From Chitinophagales bacterium (GTDB taxonomy: Bacteria > Bacteroidota > Bacteroidia > Chitinophagales > JADIYW01), in NCBI GenBank assembly GCA_044357355.1, contig JBIKPT010000002.1, positions 1-56,773 on the forward strand: 56,773 nucleotides of DNA. The letters run 5' to 3'. Below are positions 19,312 to 28,630 of this stretch, one piece after another. A model generated the notes under the pieces. It did not search any database. It worked only from the letters and a program-made list of their open reading frames with translations, and had not been told where the DNA came from. The position numbers and the translations under genes were made by a program. Each line of letters starts with the position of its first letter. Position 1 is the stretch's first letter.

Positions 19312-20346
19312 TTAAAACTTAGGACACAATAATGGTGAGTATGCTTTTTTCTTGTCCAATGGTTTTCCGGTATAAATTATGGAAGCTTCTAAAGCACCAA
19401 AAGATTTTACGGCTTGACTCAAATCCTGTTTAATAGTTGCATCATAACTGATGCCAATTTGCAGGCCTGAGAATGAAAAACCGGTAGACGCAATAATCGC
19501 ACCATTGCCATCATACCAAACACCTGCAGAAATAGCTGTTCTATATGGTTCGCTTTTACCGGATAAATTAAAAGAAAAAGAAGAACCGGCTATCCATTGT
19601 TGCGCTTTTGCCTGGAACATATACATACCATTTGGTGAAATTAAGACCACTCTTTTGATATCTATAAACAAGCCTGCGTGTGCATTAAAACGCATTGCTC
19701 TTTCATTGTCAGAATTGAAAAAAGAGTCTTTTGGTTTGATGATATTAAATACAGACGCGCCTGCATAGGCACCTAACATCTTATTGAAGTTAGAAGACCA
19801 AAATAAACCCAGGTTTAAATTGGGCTTAAAATATCTTTCACTGGCGAAATTCTCCTGATTATTCAACGATAAATCAAAACCAGTACCTGTGAATTGAGAA
19901 GCAAAAGCAAGATTGCCTAAATCAACAGATCGTTGAATGAAACCAGCCTGTGCTCCAACGCTTAGATAATGATTTTTTTCTTTCCCTAAGCTTTTATGAT
20001 AGGCCACAGATATCATACAAACATTGGAACGAATGGCTGTTTGTCTGTCGTTCGTAAAAACAACACCCACACCGAAAATATCGCCTTTCAGCTTGTCTCT
20101 TAAAATACCAAAATCAGCAGAAGCACTTAATGTATTAAAAGGTGACGGCGACTGCAACGGCAAATACTGAACTCTGTAATTGGCTACAAAGCGATAAAGT
20201 GAATTTATTTTACCGGTAAAGGCCGGATTTAAATTCAATGGTGAATTATAAAATTGCGAAAACTTATAATCCTGTGCATTTGAATTAAATACAAATGATA
20301 ATATAATTAGTGAAAATATTATTTTAAAATTCAATTTATTTTTCAT
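19312..20346 (-). CDS. PorP/SprF-family type IX secretion system membrane protein
   Basis: Internal ATG at 20346 gives MKNKLNFKIIFSLIILSFVFNSNAQDYKFSQFYNSPLNLNPAFTG, the characteristic PorP/SprF N-terminus. The rest is beta-barrel-like. Confidence 0.75.
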   Translation of the reverse strand: MKNKLNFKIIFSLIILSFVFNSNAQDYKFSQFYNSPLNLNPAFTGKINSLYRFVANYRVQYLPLQSPSPFNTLSASADFGILRDKLKGDIFGVGVVFTNDRQTAIRSNVCMISVAYHKSLGKEKNHYLSVGAQAGFIQRSVDLGNLAFASQFTGTGFDLSLNNQENFASERYFKPNLNLGLFWSSNFNKMLGAYAGASVFNIIKPKDSFFNSDNERAMRFNAHAGLFIDIKRVVLISPNGMYMFQAKAQQWIAGSSFSFNLSGKSEPYRTAISAGVWYDGNGAIIASTGFSFSGLQIGISYDATIKQDLSQAVKSFGALEASIIYTGKPLDKKKAYSPLLCPKF

Positions 20347-21610
20347 CCCCTGAATTTGTTTGTTGATTAATAAACCTGAAAACACCCCAATATTTTTCCA
20401 TAGCGAGTAAATCGTTGTGGAATACTGCAACTAATTTACCATTAATTTGTGTAAGTTGGTTAAAAAGCGTTAAAAAATTATGTTGTATTTCATCATTATT
20501 TAATGGTTGATAATACGCGTAAGTTGCATCCATCCAACAGGAAGGTTGTAATATAATACTTGTGGTTTTATTATCAAGTAAATCAAATAACGAAAATGCT
20601 CTGCTGGTACCGGCACGAAAACCCGCAACATCCGGATACATCAATGAATAATCTAACTCTAATGAATTTGCAGATTCCATATTTTTTATAAATTCCGGAA
20701 ATGAAATTCTTAAAAAATGTTGTCTTGTGTGGTAAACGTTTCTATTGGAAATTTGGTATAATTTATGGTATTCATCAGCCACTTTATTTTCTTCCAAAGA
20801 AGTATAAGAAGGATGCAACCCAATCTCTGCCAGGCTGCTTATATACTGAATTAATTTTTTGAGTTCTACTGATTCCGGAGAAACCTTACTATTCTTTTCA
20901 CCATCATCATTCAGTAAAAAAAAGAAGATCTTATGCAAATCATATTTACTTGTTTCGCTCAAAATTTTATCATAAATGTCAAATGGATCTATTTGTTTTC
21001 CAAGCAATGTTTTCCAGTAATTCACTTCAAAAATATTTGGAGGATGTTTTAGCCAGTTTCTTCCCAAATACTTGAATGCATTATCTATATCGAATGTTGG
21101 CAAATATTCGAACTCGTATTTTTTAAATTCCAGGCTCGAATTGATTTTTAATAATTCCTGCTTAAAAAAATGTAGCCAGGTTTCTACGATGGGTGAAAAA
21201 TTGAATTCAGGTTTCGCAAGTATGGAGTTGCCCGATTTATATCTACCATGCATATCTTTATCATGCGGCAGGTATTCTTCATATCTAGTTACTAAAAAAA
21301 AGATACAGGAAAAGATATCGAACTTCATCTCAAATGTATCTGTCGTCTGAAAAAAAACCGGCATAGCAGCTTCACGTGAAACAAAAATATTTTGCGGCCG
21401 AATTTCCTTATCCAGCAATAAATCATCCTGAAAAATATTGTAGAAGTTAGCTAGTCTATTTTTTGAATAATTGAGGTACACATTATCCGAAACTATAGCG
21501 TTATCAGGGTTTTCAGTAAACACATATTGCATACCAAAATACTGGGTGAATACAAAATCTGCCGTGTATTTTATTCTGTTAGTAACTTTTGGTGTGTAGA
21601 TAACTATCAA
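20336..21610 (-). CDS. Conserved hypothetical protein, possibly polysaccharide-deacetylase-like
   Basis: 424 aa. The N-terminus MIVIYTPKVTNRIKYTADFVF resembles a Bacteroidota family I recall being annotated as polysaccharide deacetylase. This is unverified. The stop overlaps the PorP/SprF start by 11 nt. Confidence 0.4.
   Translation of the reverse strand: MIVIYTPKVTNRIKYTADFVFTQYFGMQYVFTENPDNAIVSDNVYLNYSKNRLANFYNIFQDDLLLDKEIRPQNIFVSREAAMPVFFQTTDTFEMKFDIFSCIFFLVTRYEEYLPHDKDMHGRYKSGNSILAKPEFNFSPIVETWLHFFKQELLKINSSLEFKKYEFEYLPTFDIDNAFKYLGRNWLKHPPNIFEVNYWKTLLGKQIDPFDIYDKILSETSKYDLHKIFFFLLNDDGEKNSKVSPESVELKKLIQYISSLAEIGLHPSYTSLEENKVADEYHKLYQISNRNVYHTRQHFLRISFPEFIKNMESANSLELDYSLMYPDVAGFRAGTSRAFSLFDLLDNKTTSIILQPSCWMDATYAYYQPLNNDEIQHNFLTLFNQLTQINGKLVAVFHNDLLAMEKYWGVFRFINQQTNSGDEK
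21368..21383. other. Degenerate parS-like site inside a CDS
   Basis: aGcTTCACGTGAAACA, 14/16 match to the parS consensus. Confidence 0.4.
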
Positions 21611-21649
21611 GCTGATATGTTTAGCAGTATTTGTATTTTTACAATAATA

Positions 21650-22399
21650 ATGTCAGCGCCATTTCTCATACATCTGCCTCAATTTGAAGGACCATTCGAT
21701 TTATTGCTGTTTTTCATTGAACGTGATGAATTGAGTATTAACGATATTCCAATCCATAAAATTACAAATGATTTTCTGGATTATATCCAACATATGGAAC
21801 GATTAAATATCGAAGTGGCGAGTGAATTTATTTTGGTAGCTGCAACGTTGATGCGCATTAAAGCAAAAATGTTGCTTCCACGAAAAGAAATAGATGAACA
21901 GGGAAATGAAATTGACCCGAGAGAAGAATTGGTACAAGCGCTTTTAGACTACAAACGATTTAAAGAAATTGTAGAAGTACTGAAAGAATTTGAAGGAAAC
22001 CGTGCATTGCGCTATTCCCGTGGAAATCAGAAAAAAGAGGTAGAAAGTCTGGTAAAATTATTAGCTGAAGAAGCAGAACTGGAAACCATCACTTTATTCA
22101 AGTTGTTGAAAGCTTATCAGCGCACAATGGATAAGTATAAAACAAAAAATGAAAAGGTAGTACATACAGTAGATCCGTTTAAATTCTCCATTGAAACGGA
22201 AAAAGATAAACTAACAGCCTTTATATCCAGCAAAACAAAAGCCTCCTTTGCTGAAATCTTTACGACCTGCGAAAGTAAAATACATGCCGTCTTTATTTTT
22301 CTTGGAATGTTAGAACTCATACAACAGCAAATTATTTCTATCATTATTGGTGAAGGAAGAAACAATTTTTGGCTGACTACAGACGTTGTAGAAGAATAA
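21650..22399 (+). CDS. scpA: Segregation and condensation protein A (kleisin)
   Basis: Internal ATG at 21650 gives MSAPFLIHLPQFEGPFDLLLFFIERDELSINDIPI, the ScpA signature. Confidence 0.85.
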   Translation: MSAPFLIHLPQFEGPFDLLLFFIERDELSINDIPIHKITNDFLDYIQHMERLNIEVASEFILVAATLMRIKAKMLLPRKEIDEQGNEIDPREELVQALLDYKRFKEIVEVLKEFEGNRALRYSRGNQKKEVESLVKLLAEEAELETITLFKLLKAYQRTMDKYKTKNEKVVHTVDPFKFSIETEKDKLTAFISSKTKASFAEIFTTCESKIHAVFIFLGMLELIQQQIISIIIGEGRNNFWLTTDVVEE

Positions 22400-22413
22400 T
22401 ACTATATTTAGTT

Positions 22414-22962
22414 ATGCTGAAAAAACAACACCTGGTTGTCATTGTATTTTTAATTGCAATGATCTTTACTTCATATTCTGCAAAAGCACAGGAATATACC
22501 GGTGCTGTAGGTGGTAGATTTGGCTATGGTATTGGTATTACCGGTGTCTATTTTTTTGATAGTCAAAATGGCCATGCCATTGAATTTCTTTTACGGTATG
22601 GTTATCATGGATTGATTTTAAACAGACCGGGCATTCATATTCAGGGTTTGTATGAAAAACACTGGATGTTGGGAAGAAGTAATTTTTCTGCCTATGTAGG
22701 TGCCGGACCAGGTATCGGATTTGGAAAGAAAAATTCAATAAGTAAACAATTATATTTCGCTTTAGGAATTTCTCCGATAATTGGTTTTGATTATACATCA
22801 CAACGGCTAAGAATACCGTTAATACTGGCATTAGACTACAAACCTACCTTTCATGCAGATTTTCCGGTAAGCAATAAACGTGAAAAAGTAGGAACAGATT
22901 TTTCCTATTATGAAATCGCTTTTTCTGTAAGAATTGGTATTGGTAGAGGAAGAAGAAGGTAG
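22414..22962 (+). CDS. Hypothetical small outer-membrane beta-barrel-like protein
   Basis: ATG at 22414. Signal peptide ...SYSAKAQ followed by Gly/aromatic-rich alternating strands. Confidence 0.5.
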   Translation: MLKKQHLVVIVFLIAMIFTSYSAKAQEYTGAVGGRFGYGIGITGVYFFDSQNGHAIEFLLRYGYHGLILNRPGIHIQGLYEKHWMLGRSNFSAYVGAGPGIGFGKKNSISKQLYFALGISPIIGFDYTSQRLRIPLILALDYKPTFHADFPVSNKREKVGTDFSYYEIAFSVRIGIGRGRRR

Positions 22963-22965
22963 CTG

Positions 22966-23211
22966 TTATAAACCTCTGATTTTAGAGCGCAATGCATCTT
23001 TGAAATTTTCACCGCAACACATTCTGGTTACTTTTTGAGATACATTCTTTTTGTATGCTGCGTGGTTATTGAAATAATGTTTGCACGTTTCGCATTTCTC
23101 AATTTCTTCTCTGAGCATGTTTTCTGAATGACGATCTAATTCTCCGTCTAACAACAGAGAAATATCTTTCATCAGTTCGTTGCAATTGTGCGGTGGTCTG
23201 ATATGGCTCAT
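22966..23211 (-). CDS. Anti-sigma factor (zinc-finger type)
   Basis: ATG at 23211 follows the sigma-factor stop codon by 1 nt. An H-x3-C...C-x2-C pattern (PHNCNEL...CETCKHY) is present. Confidence 0.6.
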   Translation of the reverse strand: MSHIRPPHNCNELMKDISLLLDGELDRHSENMLREEIEKCETCKHYFNNHAAYKKNVSQKVTRMCCGENFKDALRSKIRGL

Positions 23212-23212
23212 A

Positions 23213-23794
23213 CTATTCACTTTTATTATAACCCATTTTTTCTGCATATTCTTTTAAACTTTCTTTGAGCATGTTTCGTGCTCTATGCAACCTGGAACGA
23301 ACCGTTCCAATGGGAATGTCAATTATTTTAGCAATTTCTTCATACGTAAATCCTTCAATATCACATAAAAGGATAACTGTTTTGTAATCTATTGGCAATC
23401 TGTTAAGTGCAATAGTGATTTCATCACCCATCATTCCATCAAAAATATCTTCTCTTAAATCGAAAGCAACGCCTCCGTTTTCTTCATCTGCATCCTGGTA
23501 CGCAATAATATCTTCGTAATCTACCTTATTGGGCTCCTTTTTCTTACGGCGATACTCATTGATGAATCCATTCTTCAATATTTTAAACAACCAGGCCTTG
23601 GCATTAGTTCCCGAATCAAAAGAATTGATGAACCGGAAAGCCTTCATAAACGTTTCCTGCACCAAATCATTTGCGTCTTCTTCATTATAGGTTAAATGAT
23701 AGGCAAAGTTATACAAGGCATCTGCGTGCGGCAAAAGTTCGTCCTCAAAGAGTTGTTCTTTATCTGTAATCTGGTCGGTTGACACTGCGGTCAT
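23213..23794 (-). CDS. ECF-type RNA polymerase sigma-70 family factor
   Basis: Region 2 (DLVQETFMKAF) and region 4 (GFTYEEIAKIIDIPIGTVRSRLHRAR). Confidence 0.85.
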   Translation of the reverse strand: MTAVSTDQITDKEQLFEDELLPHADALYNFAYHLTYNEEDANDLVQETFMKAFRFINSFDSGTNAKAWLFKILKNGFINEYRRKKKEPNKVDYEDIIAYQDADEENGGVAFDLREDIFDGMMGDEITIALNRLPIDYKTVILLCDIEGFTYEEIAKIIDIPIGTVRSRLHRARNMLKESLKEYAEKMGYNKSE

Positions 23795-23958
23795 AAAGGT
23801 AACAATAATTTAGATAGATAAACAGTAAATTTGCAGGGTTAGTTCCAATAAACAATCGTATTATTTTAACAACAGCTCAAATAAAAAATACCTTCACTGC
23901 TATTCTTATTCTATGGATAGCCGGAATTTTCTTTTCCCGGTTTTTACAAAGTGTATCG

Positions 23959-25077
23959 GTGGTTGCCGCTGCGTTGCTGTTTCTATCCGCCAGAAATCCT
24001 GCAACTAAGTTTAATGAAACATCTAAGAACTTAATTACTGTTTCACTAATAGGTATACTGTTGGTTTATCTGCTTTCATTTTATAATTCGGAAAATCACA
24101 GCGAATATTTTAAAGTGATAAAAAATAAAATACCGTATTTATTTATTCCGCTTAGTTTAGTAAGCGTAGATAAATTATCAAAACAGCAGCTAATTTATAT
24201 TCAGTATTTTTTTATCGTTTGTTGCTTATATAGTTCTGGCTGGAGTTATTTTCAATATTTGCAAAACAGTGAAATCTATACCGACTTATATGCAAGAGGT
24301 GAAGTAATACCTACACTTATACATCACGTATCACTGGCTGTTTTACTTTGTTTTGCAGCGATACTTGTTTTAAACAATAGTGTATACAAAAACGGAAAAT
24401 TTGAGAAACTAATAAATGTACTGTTGTTAATCTGGTTTATTTATTTCCTGCATATTTTATCTGTAAGAACCGGAATTCTTTTGTTATACGTAAGTCTGTT
24501 CTTGTACGGTGCTATACTTTTGATTACTCAAAAAAAAATAGTGATTACAATAAGTTTATTATTACTGCTCATCCTAAGTTCTGTAATTTCTTATCACAAA
24601 ATTCCAACCATAAAAAGTAAAATAGCTTATACTTTTTATGGTATAGAACAATATCAAAATAAGCAAGATACTGCCAATGTGGTTTCAGACTCACGCAGAA
24701 TATTATCAGATAAAATTGGAATAGAAATCCTGCAAAAAAATAAACTTTCCGGTGTTGGAATAGGTGATATAAAAGATGAAATGCATATAATTTATAAACA
24801 ACGCTATCCGCAATTTAAAGTAGAAGTATATTCGCATATTCACAATCAATATTTATATACAATGTGCGGTGTTGGTTTACTAACAGGTTCTCTTTTTTGT
24901 ATCCTATTGTTATTACCTATGATTCAATTTATAAGAGATAAAAATTATGTTTTTGTTTTACTTTATGGAATGTTATTAATGGTGATGTTATGGGAACCCT
25001 TTATTGAAAGTCAAATTGGAAATTCAATTTTTTTTGTGGTTTGTTGTGTAGGATTTTTAAGTAAGCAAGAGAGATGA
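23959..25077 (+). CDS. O-antigen ligase (Wzy_C) family membrane protein
   Basis: Polytopic membrane protein with a periplasmic loop ...HIHNQYLYTMCGVGLLTG. The 5' boundary is uncertain. The frame is open and TM-like from 23818 but has no ATG, GTG or TTG before the GTG at 23959. Confidence 0.7.
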   Translation: MVAAALLFLSARNPATKFNETSKNLITVSLIGILLVYLLSFYNSENHSEYFKVIKNKIPYLFIPLSLVSVDKLSKQQLIYIQYFFIVCCLYSSGWSYFQYLQNSEIYTDLYARGEVIPTLIHHVSLAVLLCFAAILVLNNSVYKNGKFEKLINVLLLIWFIYFLHILSVRTGILLLYVSLFLYGAILLITQKKIVITISLLLLLILSSVISYHKIPTIKSKIAYTFYGIEQYQNKQDTANVVSDSRRILSDKIGIEILQKNKLSGVGIGDIKDEMHIIYKQRYPQFKVEVYSHIHNQYLYTMCGVGLLTGSLFCILLLLPMIQFIRDKNYVFVLLYGMLLMVMLWEPFIESQIGNSIFFVVCCVGFLSKQER

Positions 25078-26144
25078 AAAAAAGAATACTACATATCATT
25101 TCATCTGTCAACTGGCGCGGTGGCGAACAACAGGTAGATGCCTTATTTAATTATAGTCACGCTGATTTTGATTATTATATTTTTTGTCCGGAAAATGCTG
25201 AATTACAGAAACGAAACGAAGTAAAAAAAAACAAAATATTTACATACAAAAAACGTTTTGGTGTAGATATATTAGCAGCATTCAAATTGAAAAAAGTTTG
25301 CGCTGGAAATCAAATTGATTTAATACATCTGCACGATAGTCATGCTATCAATACCTATTATATAGCTTGTTTATTCGGATTAAAAATTCCATCCGTTATA
25401 CATAGACATGTTAACTTTCCTGTTACCAAAAAATGGAAATACAATGCTGAGAAAATCAAAAAAATTATCTGTGTTAGTGAAACAGTAAAAGCCGGTTTTC
25501 AGTCTTTTATAACAGAAGAAAAATTAGTAGTCATACAACCTGGAATACATATTAGTCAGTGGACTGAAAACAATAATTCACATAAAATAAAAAATGAGTT
25601 AAACTTGTCCAATGAACATAAAATAGTGGGAATGGTGGCTGCATTGGAAAAAGAAAAAAATATTGATGCCTTTTTAGAAATAGCAAAAAAAGTAATCGAA
25701 CAAAATAACAACATTCATTTCGTACTTATAGGCGATGGAACTTTGATGCATACTTATACACAATCAACTAACCAACAAAAAATGAATATTCATTTTTTGG
25801 GTTTCAGAGACGATGTGAAAGAATTAATTTCTGGTTTTGATGTGTTTTTATTTACTTCTAACAATGAAGGATTTCCGTTGGTATTACTGGAAGCCATGGC
25901 TGCTAAAATTCCAATACTTAGCAATAATTTTCCATCAGTTAATGAATTATTGCAATACCAACAAAACGGACTTCTTTATAAGAATATGGAAGATGCTGTG
26001 TATAAACTACAACTACTGAACAGTGAAACAACACAACGAAATCAACTTGTTGAAAATGCATTTCAATTTGTACAACAATTCGATATAACTTTAATGAATC
26101 AAAGAATAGCAGACGTTTATAAATCCATCTTTACACATGCATAA
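25074..26144 (+). CDS. Glycosyltransferase family 4 (GT-B)
   Basis: NNEGFPLVLLEAMAAKIPILS (E-x7-E motif). 4-nt overlap with the ligase gene. Confidence 0.85.
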   Translation: MKKRILHIISSVNWRGGEQQVDALFNYSHADFDYYIFCPENAELQKRNEVKKNKIFTYKKRFGVDILAAFKLKKVCAGNQIDLIHLHDSHAINTYYIACLFGLKIPSVIHRHVNFPVTKKWKYNAEKIKKIICVSETVKAGFQSFITEEKLVVIQPGIHISQWTENNNSHKIKNELNLSNEHKIVGMVAALEKEKNIDAFLEIAKKVIEQNNNIHFVLIGDGTLMHTYTQSTNQQKMNIHFLGFRDDVKELISGFDVFLFTSNNEGFPLVLLEAMAAKIPILSNNFPSVNELLQYQQNGLLYKNMEDAVYKLQLLNSETTQRNQLVENAFQFVQQFDITLMNQRIADVYKSIFTHA

Positions 26145-26709
26145 AAATATAGGCTTATTTTTCGGATCGTTTAATCCAATACACATCGGACATCTGTTGC
26201 TCGCCACTCATATGCGCGAAGCTGCAGCATTAGATGAGGTATGGTTTATTGTTTCACCGCAAAATCCGTTTAAAAAATGCAGCGAACTGGCCGATGAACA
26301 ACATCGTTTAGAAATGGTAAAACTGGCTACAGAAAAAGTAGAATATTTTAAAGTATCTGATATAGAATTTCAATTAGAAAAACCATCTTACACACACATC
26401 ACTTTAAAAGAACTCAGTAATAAATATCCTGAATATACCTTCCACCTTATTATAGGAGAAGATAATGTGGCTAAATTCCACGAATGGAAAGAAGCAGATT
26501 TGATTTTAGAGAATTATAAAGTGCTTGTTTACAGAAGACAGGTAAATCAAGAAAAAATGCAAGATTCAAGATTCACAACTTACGACTTACCCATGTTTGA
26601 TATATCATCGACTAATATCCGAAATAGAATCCGTACTAATCAAGCAATTAGCTTTTTTGTCACCCAAAACGTGGAACAATTTATCACGTTTCACAAGTTA
26701 TATAAGTAA
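26137..26709 (+). CDS. nadD: Nicotinate-nucleotide adenylyltransferase
   Basis: GLFFGSFNPIHIGHL (HxGH) and ISSTNIRNRI (ISSTxxR). Confidence 0.9.
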   Translation: MHKNIGLFFGSFNPIHIGHLLLATHMREAAALDEVWFIVSPQNPFKKCSELADEQHRLEMVKLATEKVEYFKVSDIEFQLEKPSYTHITLKELSNKYPEYTFHLIIGEDNVAKFHEWKEADLILENYKVLVYRRQVNQEKMQDSRFTTYDLPMFDISSTNIRNRIRTNQAISFFVTQNVEQFITFHKLYK

Positions 26710-27240
26710 AAAAAGAGTTATACACACAGGTGTTAACTTCAGTTCAAAACACCATATTTTATTGGGTTAGTTTCCAACAAAAGAATATGTTCAAAATTTG
26801 TGGATTATGTGAATGAATGTGGACAGAATAATCTATCCACAACTTTTAAAATCACTGTAAAATAATCTCCACGGACAATAGCACTTATTAAAAAATTAGA
26901 AACATAAAAACTGAACTAATACACGAAAAGCAACATTAAAAAGTATACACATTGCAGTATGGATAAAGTTATTCTAAGGTGTTAGTAGTAAGCAGTAAGG
27001 CATAAGGTGTAAGTAAGTGTAATGATAACAAAATGAAGAGCTTGTTAAATAATAAGAGTAAAAGAAGGAATGTTTAAAGTATGTTGATAAGAGACAGGTA
27101 TAATAAAACTTATTACTTATTGCTTATTACTTACAACTTTTTCTCCACCAATTCACACTGGTAATAAATAGTAATAAATAAAAATTTTTAAATAGATATT
27201 TATATATTATTAGTCAAAACGGTTCAGCTAAAAAATTTCG
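26710..27240. other. Non-coding spacer with clustered DnaA-box-like 9-mers and an AT-rich tract (candidate oriC or DnaA-titrating locus)
   Basis: TTATACACA 26718-26726, TGTGGATTA 26799-26807, TGTGGACAG 26818-26826, CTATCCACA 26833-26841, GTATACACA 26943-26951 and TATGGATAA 26958-26966. An AT-rich tract lies at ~27170-27215. Confidence 0.3.
26974..27134. repeat. Two inverted period-7 arrays of (G/A)TAAG
   Basis: 26974-27017 carries CTAAG/GTTAG/GTAAG/GTAAG/ATAAG/GTAAG at 7-nt spacing. 27109-27134 carries CTTAT/CTTAT/CTTAT/CTTAC at 7-nt spacing, the reverse complement. About 90 bp separates them. Confidence 0.7.
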
Positions 27241-27300
27241 TTCCGAAGGTTCGGAATTTGAAAAATCAAATTACCTTTGATTCCGAAGATTCAGAACGAA
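27237..27300 (+). promoter_or_regulatory. Tandem palindromes in the nadA leader
   Basis: TTCCGAA-gg-TTCGGAA at 27241-27256 and TTCCGAA-ga-TTCAGAA at 27281-27296. The outer arms TTCGTTC (27237-27243) and GAACGAA (27294-27300) could also pair. Confidence 0.4.
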
Positions 27301-27318
27301 CCAACAAAAAAATTCTAC

Positions 27319-28335
27319 ATGGCAGAAACAATCGATTTGAAAGAAAAAATTTCCCGGCTGGCGCAAGTAGGTTTCCTCGATGTGGATATCGACCCGACAA
27401 TGGATTTATTTGCGGAAATTGAAAAGCTGAAAAAAGAAAAAAATGCCATTTTGTTGGCGCATTACTACCAGGAAGCTGATATTCAGGACATTGCAGATTT
27501 TATTGGCGACAGCCTGCAACTGGCACAGAAAGCGCAAAGCACCACTGCCGATATTATTTTATTTGCCGGTGTGCATTTCATGGCAGAAACCGCCAAAATT
27601 CTGAATCCAGGCAAGAAAGTCATTTTACCGGATTTAAAAGCCGGTTGCTCATTGGCAGACAGTTGTCCGCCGGAAGATTTTGCGGCTTTCAAGAAAAAAT
27701 TTCCCGGCTACGCCGTCATTTCGTATATCAACTGCTCTGCAGAAATTAAAGCGTTGAGCGATTATATCTGCACCAGCTCCAATGCAGAATTTATTGTGAA
27801 TGCCATTCCCAAAGACCGCGGCATTATTTTCGCGCCCGACAAAAATCTGGGTGGCTATCTGGCAAAAAAGCTGAACCGTGAAATGGTGTTGTGGGACGGC
27901 TCCTGTATGGTGCACGAAATTTTCTCGCTGGAGAAAATCCGCAAACTGAAAGAAAAAAATCCGGAAGCTAAGATGATAGCGCATCCGGAATGCGAAGCCG
28001 ATGTGCTGGAACTGGCCGATTATATTGGCTCTACGACCGGCTTGCTGAAATACACACAGACCGACGACGCACAGGAATATATTGTAGCGACAGAAACCGG
28101 CATCCTGCACAAAATGCAACAGGCTTCTCCTTATAAAACCTTTATACCGGCACCACCTAACAATGGCTGTGCCTGCAACGACTGTCCGCATATGAAGCTC
28201 AACACGCTGGAAAAAATCTACCTGTGTCTGAAATACGAACTGCCGGAATTGCTGATGGATGAAGAGCTGCGCATTAAAGCAAAAGTTCCGATTGACAGGA
28301 TGCTGGAGATAAGTGCTGCTGCTGGATTGAAGTGA
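27319..28335 (+). CDS. nadA: Quinolinate synthase
   Basis: ATG at 27319 ([10 protein letters not shown]...). [21 protein letters not shown], and Cys ligand contexts [17 protein letters not shown] and CNDCPHMK. Confidence 0.9.
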   Translation: MAETIDLKEKISRLAQVGFLDVDIDPTMDLFAEIEKLKKEKNAILLAHYYQEADIQDIADFIGDSLQLAQKAQSTTADIILFAGVHFMAETAKILNPGKKVILPDLKAGCSLADSCPPEDFAAFKKKFPGYAVISYINCSAEIKALSDYICTSSNAEFIVNAIPKDRGIIFAPDKNLGGYLAKKLNREMVLWDGSCMVHEIFSLEKIRKLKEKNPEAKMIAHPECEADVLELADYIGSTTGLLKYTQTDDAQEYIVATETGILHKMQQASPYKTFIPAPPNNGCACNDCPHMKLNTLEKIYLCLKYELPELLMDEELRIKAKVPIDRMLEISAAAGLK

Positions 28336-28540
28336 TAAGTTTATATCTTTAAAAGAATACATATAGTTGCGAACAAAAAAGTAGCGCAAAGCCATACAAT
28401 TTCTGTAGGATTGCCGCATAATTTTATATAAGAGTTGCGTATGTTTATGAGTTAGTGGCAACCCTTTTTGCGACCGACAGAGTAACAATAAACTGACTGG
28501 AAATCGACCTGAAATGCCAACCGCACAAAATGGCACATTT

Positions 28541-28578
28541 GGTTTTGCCAGACACAAAAGCCAACGCTTCGCAAAACC
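28541..28578. repeat. Hairpin with C/A-rich loop in the left flank of the cassette
   Basis: GGTTTTGC-(cagacacaaaagccaacgcttc)-GCAAAACC. The loop and stem resemble the hairpin at 33487-33545. Confidence 0.5.
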
Positions 28579-28630
28579 AAAAGAGCTAAAATTTTCCAAC
28601 AGCACGGACTGACATTTAGAAAATAATTAT

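Noticed and set aside
27237-27318. NAD+ riboswitch (nadA motif) in the nadA leader
   Set aside because: The two hairpins do not resemble the nadA-motif consensus as I remember it. The same palindrome arms occur downstream of ppk1, which points to a generic hairpin family.
27649-28605. 318-aa ORF on the minus strand
   Set aside because: It lies almost entirely antisense to the well-supported nadA CDS. Its sequence is low-complexity and Arg/Phe/Cys-rich with no motif. A stop-free antisense frame is the expected by-product of GC-richer coding DNA.
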